Source: Rubripirellula sp. | GTDB taxonomy: Bacteria > Planctomycetota > Planctomycetia > Pirellulales > Pirellulaceae | Direction of reading: 5' to 3' | Assembly (NCBI GenBank): GCA_965216875.1 | Contig: OZ244207.1 | Location: forward strand, 5,280,001 to 5,344,000 | Length of the DNA: 64,000 nt | Shown: in pieces, positions 55,701 through 63,189 of the stretch | How the letters are laid out: the number at the start of each line of letters is the position of its first letter | Numbering within the stretch: position 1 is the stretch's first letter | Position numbers and translations under genes: made by a program | The notes under the pieces: generated by a model | The model's database searches: none | Told to the model about the DNA's origin: nothing | What the model saw: only the letters and a program-made list of their open reading frames with translations

Positions 55701-56905
55701 ACTTGAGGGCCAAGGTTGATATTGAAGACACGCGTCAGATCTTCGCCGTCCTGGAACAACTCGCCATCGACGTTGCGAAGAGCAAACGGGCCAGTGCCAA
55801 GAATGTCGATCTGGTAAATGTCGTCCGGAAGTGGCTCTGCAAATCGGAAGACGACCTCACGTGACGAATCACCCAAGCCCACAAAACCGGGCTCGACAAC
55901 AACGTCACTGACACCACTTAGCGACAGCGGCGAGTAGGTGACTTCGCGATTACCGATTCGCGTTTCGATGTCGCCTTGCTCGTGATAAGCAAGCACAAGC
56001 TGCGATGCCTCGCGATTGCCATTGATCGCTGCAATCAGATCTTCGGCAGTCGTTTCGACCGTCGGAGCACTGTTGAGTTGGATGCGAATCGTTTGGTCGT
56101 TGACAACGACCACGGGATTGGCCTGGGCACCAAAGTTGCGTCGCTCGACTTGAATCTCAATCCCGCGTCCGTCGACGCCTGGAAGTTGAGACACCAATCG
56201 GACGGTCACTTCGCCCGCAGTATTGAAGTCGGTCACGGCTTGAGCCGCGTTGGCCCCGGTCAACGTCAACACGCGGCCATCAACATCTCGCGAACCAATG
56301 TCGCCAAGCGACGGACCGCTTACCTGGATCACCTCGAGCAAAGTCGATGCTTCCGGGTGGTTGGCGACCGCCGTCACCAAGTCGCGAACGCGCGTCACTC
56401 GGTTAGGGTTCGAATTCAGATCAATCGTGACCTGTTTGCCGTCGACCGAAATGTCTGGCAAGCTCGATCCAGCGCGGTCGGTGGTCGTGAACTCAACCTC
56501 GATCCCATTGCCGAGACTTCCGGGTTGAATCGCGCGGAACTCCAGCAACACCTCTCCATCGCTGGCCATGTCGGAAGTTGCCGTTGCCGATTCGAAGACA
56601 GCGTCATCACCCGCTCGGGTGATGCGAATCGACGAGAGCGAATCGGGATCGATGTCAGCATTGTCGTCAAAACGGAACACCAACTCGCGCGGTGAAACGC
56701 TCAACGTGGTGTTGTCGAACAGCAACGAGCCTTCGTTGGGTTGAATCCCAATCAAATCGGGACCAGCCAATAATTGGCGGTTCTCGAGTGTTTCGAGCAA
56801 CGAATGGCGTTTCTCACGCTTCTTACGCAGTCGATCACGCTCGGCGCGTTGATTCGAACGTGAAGCGGGCTGCGATAAGTTGCGCTGAGGATTTCGGAGG
56901 GTCAT
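40766..56905 (-). CDS. Giant (5379 aa) extracellular multidomain protein: LExRxLLA leader, degenerate M10-like module, PPC-like domains, beta-helix-like regions, GEVED domain and C-terminal dockerin-like pair
   Basis: LETLENRQLLAG; DIDLYKF, DIDVYSF and DVDWYRF (PPC-like); GDWGGI twice; DYGDAP...DAWFDWNGDG...YARFRL...SGEVED; DVNNSGFVSAIDALQIIN. The 16.1-kb frame is uninterrupted. Confidence 0.9.
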   Translation of the reverse strand: MTLRNPQRNLSQPASRSNQRAERDRLRKKREKRHSLLETLENRQLLAGPDLIGIQPNEGSLLFDNTTLSVSPRELVFRFDDNADIDPDSLSSIRITRAGDDAVFESATATSDMASDGEVLLEFRAIQPGSLGNGIEVEFTTTDRAGSSLPDISVDGKQVTIDLNSNPNRVTRVRDLVTAVANHPEASTLLEVIQVSGPSLGDIGSRDVDGRVLTLTGANAAQAVTDFNTAGEVTVRLVSQLPGVDGRGIEIQVERRNFGAQANPVVVVNDQTIRIQLNSAPTVETTAEDLIAAINGNREASQLVLAYHEQGDIETRIGNREVTYSPLSLSGVSDVVVEPGFVGLGDSSREVVFRFAEPLPDDIYQIDILGTGPFALRNVDGELFQDGEDLTRVFNINLGPQVVAVVPEPIRRNSTTGALSPETGKVEVHFNDDDLDPTLAEDPSFYQLIFTGDTVSNVDDAVINPASVDYNNITNIATLDFERPLSRIPIAGNPTQFYEGAARLRIGTSENLPSPPTEVSLIQDPNNPIEPGDSFGTAFDLNTQWTIGSNTTQSARLTSEIFNETAFELDLPGPDAAGTRDIRPDDPSRLNRTVPLDYLRNGADVVDGISIIQYNFAPSWLGDDPNRPGILEDTTYFNIISEQQKTRVREVLQLYSQYLGISFVEVEGEPTSDAFISIAVGDLYGGDETATSGAGGLAVVTRDRDGDGIDDLGVMDFQDFDESTDDQFGGEFFRGAMFVVGQLLGYGYADDLPQPVTQSTSFIFAPGTDNEPAFPSVADIVHGQYLYRPDSTDIDLYKFTLDSPGRLAIETLAERLGDPSLLNTTLRLYQENPDGSFTEIAQNDNYFSNDSLIDIDVLAGNYVVGVSARGNDDYDPNIVGSGFGGLTEGEYELRLDFRPTITTAITDTTGVPMDGDGDNRPGGIFDFWFVPNDANNTLYVDKAAGPFVNGQTQDLVPDGQVLAPAFSLFGQVGNPYNEIDDALARAAAQPGFTTIRIVGNGGIDNRVETVQDNFSYQIGFDNNGLPLDDGSTMDLPQGVRVIIDSGAVLKFSGSRIGVGSVSPEIDLSDSALQILGLPSIITPSGLPARDATNAIIPGSVYLTSFNDDTIGAGNSPVFTPTAGAGDWGGIDFRGDLDTADESRRNRELEGVFLNHIQNADIRFGGGSVSIGGQQVVVSPIDMAITRPTIINSRITLSADAAIAATPDTFEETRFTSTEFQAAEIFTPDYTRVGPNIFGNTVADNSFNGLFVRVATRTGEFLEPITTAARFDDTDIPHIVPENLVVRGTPGGPILQSSAPSSLLVRLTTSVVGDIDPGTYVYRLTNVDVDGLESAASQPTVSATLGATGGIVLNQLPLVPNGSNFVSRRLYRAPVDPGTGLPGEFRLVAQLNASSSTHVDREAEGTLALSDDDVVLRSRLDGRLSIDPGTVVKLKGSRIEARFGATLIAEGAPGRPIIFTSLDDQRYGGGGTFDTNGRGQSGQLTPGDWGGIYIGHGSSASIDNAVIAGGGGTTRIEGGFASFNALEVHQADLRLANTTFDQNADGRVDPNGTRVGRGDNATGTLFARASQPIIVGNDFADGDGPAMTFDINSLNALDVSDYGRATGRLDAVDVIGNSGPLIEDNSLTNNSINGLEVRGGELATEGVWDDVNIVHVVRDTIEVPNKHIFGGLRLQSDARGSLVVKFEDTNGDTAGIVVGGSLATAADQLRDIPDRIGGSLQLAGHPDFPVVLTTLADDFAGAGFTREGLPQVDTNNDGVIAGALSEQRLNASPGGSIGVGGPSFPVLPAGNEINRGNIIDNDVSTVEPGYFEATPGDGNEILASGVTVEDLTLGQLLINQNYIFAYRTYIETNGAVINLSASTITQPATLIADDVVESRGTFVGPNGTVTWVATSQFLDGVPVLFTGLELFADVGAELGDVRVISYLDEDVEGPSDDVLIVEGTPGQADFRALTIDSVRRVGFSHGGFYVEDGANLINATYAGWSADQFNDLEQAIIGGGAPFTVPGTIDLGDLPPDPNNPLQFGPNDVTTAFAWDTLSTANAATITSFLELIPADPEVIDRAGFNAIEPGLWNGVVVREAADDRNVAAIPEQEPVRTSVFNTNSIPSQSQFLGEIAPDLASGDENRRLGFIVDGALTQRNDIDVYSFIGESNTEVWLDIDRTSNSLDTVVELIDANGRVLASSNDSILAETDPNALFINTGINPEAARPLSVVPERLPVQDITVSESIVEATGELAVSIPGANDAIAVPVDTFLANPAEAIANALNLNYGADLGVVEATLLRRTPRQVDANDPNVIVRDGEDFVIRLRFDEDRFVGRSAPTVNVDTSAVLGAVVDASTAQTLTGAQIQDEFSTNPKDAGMRIQLPGEAGTRNLYHVRVRSANTQDPLDFATLNDPDRLQDGLSRGRYELQIRLQEADESPGTQVRLSDIRYATNGLQIIGQPFHSPLLGDEHETSADNDSLANAQPLGYFSVGEDATVSEAGPLQSDRLSKAFAGEISSATDVDWYRFEVTYENLTRDAAALHLSTVFDLDYASNFARSDMALYVFNAAGELILVGGDSNVADDLPGITDGNDTADLSRGSAGTEDPYIGATELAEGTYFVAVANQSQVPLPLDQFFNPNSANPLLRLEPIDSVQRIAEDRIGSTGGGTATGPTTPVLFDGDSIIEYSFDDTLLYVNTANGLLLVNPFTGQTYGTVGNFGLSGGELIRDIAFRANGELFAYSGYQNGIPGDANWFYRQISTEDGSAGAPISVGAGMTTHHDLVGDLILEANSDDGFIVEGIAIREFTNPLQQSDEVGFFIGSRPFERFGNFGALEYIRNVLYDFDDATGLSTGPVYDLDEQFPGAGTSRREVGQINTVAPQVGTATQLGITDATVINAAGIAVPSLVDGDRFTLTNLSETVTFEFDQGFTLLADGANPVRDGDAVFVNLGSGEVPFEFNTGERLVVDEAAPLGALNQGDRLTIEGVDGQTATFEFVRLDPATTGNIAIATVLPDGQAIPSDQIAANLAAAINANLFGLDAISNVNEVFFTGARPAQLTTSAGAGVTIEGDNTLLNAGAIGIDVSEDIAPELLIARLAAAMRGAGIPVSAKGTQLALPTASSVRVSPDPVTDPDIAPLTLSGTPGVTGSNVPILLLPTDTVDIIAQRITTAVQAEDDAGNLPDVAAIPDGHSLRITNGIISQATGNLVAGGVSPNIGNGDIPIVTGIELINSQLYAVTNRGGMFVVNASELDSNGNRQVGQYVRTATDLVGINFTGLRAGPVSVEDGSLQNLLFGITGNGDIYAFNTRGELQPVFAGNRSVISTGIAGAQGLDFSTMDFNLWHVTGQRGADPGHGINALHHGARPGSEGGNSLAFSYEASAFNGNYPSVVERPTFSPRVDGQGVEDTFNNPGGSKGVVQSNPFSLVGFGSDDQPTMYFNYFAENDGDNDRLRVYVITENGVEHLVASNTTRRGITDSDDEFDDPAQAGVYNDEIDVDVQQLFDNTGSWRQARIPLDEFAGEEGLMIRVEYSTGGSTNSSSDSVRALPGDLLVEGEQLVINGEAFTIDLAPTVTVPSGVELDQLFQDPNALATINIDGQAYTFNDGTRQIPPGHVEIDLLANVGIGITLSDLTADQVAVSLAEAVRLNPPTNPTISGVSFSDPSDDPNGLDQRNDLIFEATELPYDGTGNLTINGSGRVGSIDEFGVQTNLDDVDLLRVNVARGTTVGINATFDNVGALEPVIRFFDALGDEVNPVVNITTGMLQYTATVDGPIFIGISGTLNDNYDPRVPGSAVIGQTDSYTASIAINQPVSVMSDSNIVEVSGLTQIVATPSNLFSTSAQGNIEGLPIRVSRFMTADEVAAQAQHVIATRFTGGVLEKIPTSGSSIRLPGLQLDDSGPFANEADRYGELFGGGPLSGVADNNFEGIYLDDFIIGFAERGEIATDSNVVDQPFTTDLSPQFPVPADPTSNLLTGAYQVEIRDGSEYIDSLANTPFRTFDTNERMTESRTIVARSADQIRDGQTFSINDGRSTVTFEFDLVESGTGVTPGNVRIPFTLQALEPGSEQIDPITGEIVPGSGTIRPQTAPEVAQTIVDSINREDVQLVIEVPALRRSGVDGSTDATINLFADVLIEDATDALADVQRNSLRGDDNRERESQGIILVENSRFLFNENFGLDISHDVNAVVDGVTTPSAVRYARNLVELNTESLKPGVVVQSNVFSFNGTGGLQVSGFDPNLQESGNDPVPFERIVNNTFIGGSVQPGTTSPAATFEGILFEHGQLSFADAIASYLPDAGGAAPTLVHQTPDSALGAPDGVGRGPEPIDGTTEVSLGIRGSITVQFTDNLLTGSGDARPDLAIFETGAVESVRVEVSRDGLSFFEVGIIGGLTALLDIDAAGFDQQDRFAFVRLTDVGQGGNAGASLGADIDAVGALSTVPVDIFTPGGNAITINGNAAPALLNNVIANSDTGLAVDPNNDVANLVLGGNSYYRNTNDVSQGVPLGEFSQILADSESVFTAPAQLVFAPSAGASIIDSSIDSLEDRPSLTTVKNPLGLPPSPILAPRLDVNGQLRVDDPNVETPSGLGERVFKDRGASDRGDLEGPRAVLLSPMAPNIGTDAGVVSVFGDAPAFFEIQLIDGIAPADVTPGTGLDDQTVLSSSILLLKDNVALVEGIDYRFGYNPSTNVIRLTPIAGVWETDSTYLIRMIDDTDAIIAASEGVSYTDATRVNIVDQAGESTPFEYDTGVTISFSESLNGQFADGITLDIFDGAALVEFELDNTGDSDPDRIAIEIPEIGTADEIAQAVRDAIASIPALNLDVNVSGNVVQLQGTNSLAFAETNNQFVTIEGQVGTSIGYGIQIPADGARPDASIDDGDTFIVRRGAIQEVLFEIDVDGFLENDNAVAVGIPFNATLDDIADAIVRAVGGAGLGLSPENVGEGRVFIGGDITYSMDLTGSTLTQIGVPGDDPTVAIPVNIDESADLVARAIAQSIDDAALPGVLTTVVDTRVFVEGTGGVSGVGAVELVTISDEVGNQLQSNQPNGRTELVIFIGGGFDYGDAPAPYVTTDFDGGPRHRVDSTFAIGSVVSPESDAIIPDGDDGDGITHDALNRGFLANFDVRITNTDLARSVFYLDAWFDWNGDGEFEQVQRFGSAAARALPGGNSLGLLDNTGALIGVNVPDDAALGEVYARFRLSEQANLGPVGDASSGEVEDVRLVINNNPFQNPDLRHDVNNSGFVSAIDALQIINAITRFQNNGNPNAFGIDLADPPLPPNLPAFPDVDGNSMVTINDASQVITELGRLNNIVSTPSPELITGFVEATGGVFASSATVVGDVLINEALAENDQPEDEVSTIDGEQEDQVSVFDHPAVQALDSVVDAIAEDTANASDDDETSALDQLFASL

Positions 56906-57602
56906 CCAGGGGGCCTCGTCTAAATGCCACGAACGGGCAGTTGATACGTAGGGGTCGAGTTGTTTTCTTCAGCTTGTACGCCTGTCACCATCACCCTGTC
57001 TGATGCATCGCCCGCCAACTTGATCCGTCGATCAAGCCAAATGAGCGATTCGTCAGTGTGAAATGCCGGTGATTCAAAGCAATTTCGATAAGCAGGGGCG
57101 CCTAGGCAATTTGCGTAGACACGTGATTTGGAGTGTAGTTGGACCTGGCCGTTTCGCAACGAAATTCGTCTGTGGTACGGGGTTTAGGTCGGTTTAAGCC
57201 GAATGTTATGGTCGTCCGGGCACCCCGGACGGCAGCGATCTTTGATGGAGTGGCCTCGATAAAAGTTCCTCTCTTGCACGGTTTCCCCGAGCGTTGCTAA
57301 CGTCCAACCGTTAGACGGGCCCGCCAAGCCGATGCACGCCCCCCGTCAGCAGCTGTGATGAACGGAGTATTCCGAACCATCCGGACACCTCACCCCCCCA
57401 CCCGGAGTGTGGCGAACGGAACAATCAGCAGCGACGGATTTGGACGTGATTCAAGGATTTGGCGGACCATGACTCGCTTTTGGTCAAACCATTGGTCAGG
57501 AAGACTCATCTCATGACCCCTTCGACGCGCATGGCACGAAAAATCGTTTCAGCCGCCCCAGTTTCAATCGAAATTGCCAGTCACCCCCATGGCAGAGGCA
57601 TC

Positions 57603-58322
57603 ATGAAGGCCCCGCTGATTGGGATTCTCGCGATTTGTGTGGCAACCATTTGCGGTGGGTGCCGTTTTGCCTCAAACGGCCAAAACTCAGTCGGCGCCCA
57701 GCTGTACGAACAGGGGCAATACACCGCTGCACTTCAGCATTTCCAAAAGGCACTCGACAACGATCCAACCGATCCTGATTCCTATTACAACATGGCGGCC
57801 AGCAAGCACCGGCTTGGCGTCCAGCGCGGTGATTCGCAGCTGATCAGCGAAGCGGAAGCTCTGTACAACCAATGCCTTGATTTTGCGCCCGATCATGTGG
57901 AATGTCACCGTGGACTTGCCGTCCTCCTTTCCGACACCGGCCGACCGGACAAAGCGTTCCTGCTGATGAAGAATTGGGCAGCGGAAAACCCGCAATTCGC
58001 TGAGCCACGCGTGGAGCTGGCCCGACTGTATGAGGAAGCCAACGACCCTCAGCAGGCCCTGAAAAACCTTGAAGACGCCGTTCAGATCGATGGCAACAAC
58101 GCGCGAGCTTGGCTTGCCCTTGGCCAGCTGCGTCACAAACAAGGCGACCTGATTCAGGCAAAGAGCAACTACGAAATGTCCTTGGCCCTGAACAACCAAT
58201 CAGCCTCCGAGCGGATCGCGGCGGTCAATCGCGAAATCACCGCCCGCAACAACGCGGCCATCTCGACCGGCACACAGATCGCCGCACCGGCCAGCTTCCA
58301 AAGCGGCATCATTCGTCGCTAG
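57603..58322 (+). CDS. TPR-repeat protein, probable lipoprotein
   Basis: MKAPLIGILAICVATICGGC is lipobox-like and is followed by TPR repeats. The start is uncertain (the track gives 57459). Confidence 0.78.
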   Translation: MKAPLIGILAICVATICGGCRFASNGQNSVGAQLYEQGQYTAALQHFQKALDNDPTDPDSYYNMAASKHRLGVQRGDSQLISEAEALYNQCLDFAPDHVECHRGLAVLLSDTGRPDKAFLLMKNWAAENPQFAEPRVELARLYEEANDPQQALKNLEDAVQIDGNNARAWLALGQLRHKQGDLIQAKSNYEMSLALNNQSASERIAAVNREITARNNAAISTGTQIAAPASFQSGIIRR

Positions 58323-58533
58323 TCACCTGGCCCGACTGCTTCTTGAAGGGCTCTGTGCCGTCCGCACCTCGTGCTGGGCGGGAAAAACGCCTAATATGCC
58401 TCGCCAGCCGCCCCTCCAACCGGGCGGCTTTCGTTGCTTGGCAAACCTGCCACCGGCAAATGGTGTCTGGTCCATCAATCGGCAACCCAATCCAAATCTC
58501 CGTTTTCGTCCTCCAGCCCAAACTTCCCCTCTG

Positions 58534-60162
<1,629 letters not shown>

Positions 60163-60193
60163 CGACGCGTTTCGGAAGCTCCACGTCACCGTC

Positions 60194-60342
60194 GTTTGTA
60201 GTCCAGCCTTTAGGCGGTCCGTGAGAAGATTCCGGCTGAAGCTCGGTACTACGAACTAGGCGGTCCGTGAGAAGATTCCGGCTAAAGCTCGGTACTACGA
60301 ACGGCCTCGGTGCAAGGCCCGACGCTAGCGCGTTCGGCTCAC
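60194..60342. repeat. REP cluster containing a 46-bp tandem duplication
   Basis: taggcggtccgtgagaagattccggctRaagctcggtactacgaac at 60211-60256 and 60257-60302 (1 mismatch); aggcccgacgctagcgcgttcggctcac at 60315-60342. Confidence 0.88.
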
Positions 60343-60361
60343 GAAAGACGCGGACACCGAT

Positions 60362-61633
60362 TCAGCTTCCGACCAAATACAGGCGGTCACCGCTGCGGAT
60401 CACAAACCCGGATTCGGTCGGCGCGACTCCGTACAGCACGCGTCCGCCGAATCGGCCGGCATCTTTCGCTGGCGTCCACAACTTGTTTTCGGCAAGTGAC
60501 TTCTTCTCGGCCCCTGAGGCGATCACGAAAGTCGTTCCGGACTTTCCAAAGATGTAGACGCGATCATCCACTCCGATCGGCGTCGCCCAGTTGCTGTCGC
60601 CAACGCGATCGGTGTAGATCGTTTCGCCCGTCTCGACGTCAATGCAAAACAAGACTCCGGCGCGGTTGGTGTAGTACGCGTGACCGCCATGGACGATCGG
60701 CGTACCGAAGGAGCTGGTCGCTTTGTCGTTGCGCCAGAGCACGTTCGTAGTATAAGCGTCGCCCTGTTTGACAACTTCCACAGCCATGTTCGACTGCTTT
60801 GCCATCTCAGCGTTTTCACCATTTCGTCCTGGCGAAGCGCCCACCAGAAACTTGCCATCCCCAAACGGCAACGGCGATGAAACGGTGTTGCCTCCCACTT
60901 CATCGATCGTCCACAGCAGATCGCCGGTCGAAGGATCATAGCCGTCAATACTGCCGCTACTGCTGACAACCACATGAGACTTTCCACCAACATCAAGGAT
61001 CATCGGCGATGACCACGACGTGCGGCTTGACCGATCCACCTTCCAAATCGGTTCTCCATCTTTCTTGTTGAATGCCGCCAGGTAGGAAGGACCTTCGTTG
61101 TCAGCCAAGACGAAGATGCGGTCATCCAGCTGCGCGACCGATCCGCCGAGACCGAAACGTCCGACAAACTTGCCGTAGTCGGAAATCAAATCGCGTTGCC
61201 AGCGAACATCACCGCTGGGCGTCAATGCAATCAGGTTCCCGCTTTCAAAAAAAGCGTAGACACCCTCGGCGTCCGCCACGGGCGTCGGCGCGGCGCGGCT
61301 GGTGTATACATCATTCTTCGCCAGCAAGCTGCTGTCACTTTCGTGCTTCCACAGTTCGTTGCCCGTTTTCAGATCGATCGCGATGACCAGATTCGTTTCT
61401 TTGTTGGGTCCGTCGATCGCCGTCAAATAAATATGGTCGTCAATCTGCACCGGACTCGACTGGCCGTAACCGGTCAAGTCAACTTGCCAGCGTACGCCTT
61501 CCTCTTCCGACCACTGAAGTGGCACATCCGATGGAACGCTTGAACGCAATTGACCTCCCAGGAACGCGGGCCAATCCGCGTGGCTTGAATGGACACCGCA
61601 CAACACGCAAAGACAGCAGAGCCAGCGTTTCAT
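60362..61633 (-). CDS. Exported PQQ-binding-like (BamB-like) beta-propeller protein
   Basis: Signal peptide followed by ADWPAFLG, GQSSP, GxxxW blades and SWSSP. Confidence 0.88.
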   Translation of the reverse strand: MKRWLCCLCVLCGVHSSHADWPAFLGGQLRSSVPSDVPLQWSEEEGVRWQVDLTGYGQSSPVQIDDHIYLTAIDGPNKETNLVIAIDLKTGNELWKHESDSSLLAKNDVYTSRAAPTPVADAEGVYAFFESGNLIALTPSGDVRWQRDLISDYGKFVGRFGLGGSVAQLDDRIFVLADNEGPSYLAAFNKKDGEPIWKVDRSSRTSWSSPMILDVGGKSHVVVSSSGSIDGYDPSTGDLLWTIDEVGGNTVSSPLPFGDGKFLVGASPGRNGENAEMAKQSNMAVEVVKQGDAYTTNVLWRNDKATSSFGTPIVHGGHAYYTNRAGVLFCIDVETGETIYTDRVGDSNWATPIGVDDRVYIFGKSGTTFVIASGAEKKSLAENKLWTPAKDAGRFGGRVLYGVAPTESGFVIRSGDRLYLVGS

Positions 61634-61703
61634 TTTCTTTTCCTTTCGCGACGAATCGTGCAACACGCATCTAGCATGAGTTTAACGCGGTGGCAAACCT
61701 CAT

Positions 61704-61729
61704 CGTAGTGGACGAGGCAACGAGTCCCT
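61704..61729. repeat. REP-like element (CGTAGTGGACGAGG family)
   Basis: 25 of 26 positions identical to 3758-3783. Confidence 0.75.
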
Positions 61730-61761
61730 CGCATCTGCTCACTCGCCATTCACCCAAATCC

Positions 61762-63189
61762 CTAGGACTTGATGAGCAATTTCGCGATCGTGCCACGCCG
61801 GAGGCCCTGATGGACCTTCGGTGGATTCCATCGCTCGTTTTTACAGACGCTCGCAGCGGCCATACGTCCGCTGATGACTGCTCCTTCCATGGTGGCGGGC
61901 CAACCTGTCGCAATCCAATCGCCCGCCAAGTGAAAGCAGGGCAGGGCAGTGGACGCCGAGGGCCGCTGTCGTTGGACATTCGGCGAAACGGAAAAGACGG
62001 CGTGCGGATCTAGCACCACTCGACTTCGCAGTAACTTGACGTGCCGCGCCGCAGGAAAGGCCTTCGCAAGATCGCAAACAATCTCTGTCACCAGTTCATC
62101 TCGATCGAGCATCAGGTGTCGTCCCGACGCGCTGATGACGACTTGGTAGTAATACCCGGTCGCATCACCTCGCTGCTGAAACGGCGGACGAAACACCCAT
62201 TGCGCTAGCGAGTCGACAAGCACCACGTGCGCCGCGTCGGTGATCGGTTCATCAAACCAAAGATGGACGCCCATGATGGGTGAGGAATCAATGTCCGCGG
62301 CATGCGCCAAGTCGATCTCATTCACGTTCGCAGTCAGTTTGCCAACCGAGTTCCAAGGAACGGCAGCGATCACATGATCAAAACCGATCGCTTCGTCCGC
62401 CGTATGCACTCTCCCCGCATGCCCCTGCTTCGCCCGTCGCTCAACGTCGATGCCACTGACGCGACACTCGTTTTTCACCTCGACACCAAGCTCCGCTACA
62501 GCCTGACAAAGCTGTTGGCCTACCAATTCGGAAAGAGGAACTTTGGGAACGTACACATCCGAAGCACCGCGTGCGGCGGCAAACCCGTCGATCAACACCT
62601 TTCTCGCCGCCGCCATCGAAACCACTTCCGAGCGTTCACCAAGCGCACTGACCAAAATGACGTCCCAGAACATTCGAATCGTCTCGTCGTCTTGTCCTAT
62701 TTGCTCGAGCCATTGCAAGGCGTTGAGCTCGCAAATCGATTCGCTTGTCGCACGCATCAACTGTTGCATCGCGTAGCGGATGGAATTCCTCTGACCCTTC
62801 GACAAATAGTCCAGCGCGTCGATTGCCTGCGAGAGATGGAAGGGCGCGGGAAGCCACGATGATGGCTCGAACGAACTGACATGGTGCTGTCGCTGAAACA
62901 CCAAAGAAGAAAAGCGAGTGAATGCCTCTGCGAGACCACATCGGTGCATCAGCCGCAAGAAGTTGGTGCAACAACCCATTGCCACATGCTGGCAATAATC
63001 GACCGTCTCGCCAGAGGCGGGATCGGAAAAGGAACCAACGCGACCTCCCACACGACGTTTCGACTCGAGCAGGGTGACCTCGACGCGATCGCCAACGGTT
63101 CGCGCCAAACACTCGGCCGCCGAAAGGCCTGCAAGCCCTCCGCCGACGATCACCACTCGTTTCTTTTTCGCGGATCCATCCGTCGTCAC
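61762..63189 (-). CDS. hpnE: Hydroxysqualene dehydroxylase / squalene-associated FAD-dependent reductase
   Basis: Motifs VIVGGGLAGLSAA, GGRVGSF, DYCQHVAMGCC and LAGDWIATGWPATMEGAVISG; coupled to the upstream synthase. Confidence 0.88.
   Translation of the reverse strand: MTTDGSAKKKRVVIVGGGLAGLSAAECLARTVGDRVEVTLLESKRRVGGRVGSFSDPASGETVDYCQHVAMGCCTNFLRLMHRCGLAEAFTRFSSLVFQRQHHVSSFEPSSWLPAPFHLSQAIDALDYLSKGQRNSIRYAMQQLMRATSESICELNALQWLEQIGQDDETIRMFWDVILVSALGERSEVVSMAAARKVLIDGFAAARGASDVYVPKVPLSELVGQQLCQAVAELGVEVKNECRVSGIDVERRAKQGHAGRVHTADEAIGFDHVIAAVPWNSVGKLTANVNEIDLAHAADIDSSPIMGVHLWFDEPITDAAHVVLVDSLAQWVFRPPFQQRGDATGYYYQVVISASGRHLMLDRDELVTEIVCDLAKAFPAARHVKLLRSRVVLDPHAVFSVSPNVQRQRPSASTALPCFHLAGDWIATGWPATMEGAVISGRMAAASVCKNERWNPPKVHQGLRRGTIAKLLIKS

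Noticed and set aside
57080..57170. c-di-GMP-I riboswitch upstream of the giant gene
   Set aside because: Only a partial ACGCAAA-like match on the minus strand; the paired GNRA tetraloop/receptor stems could not be built
60211..60302. Possible mini-CRISPR array
   Set aside because: Two abutting copies with no unique spacer, no cas genes nearby, and the sequence belongs to a dispersed REP family
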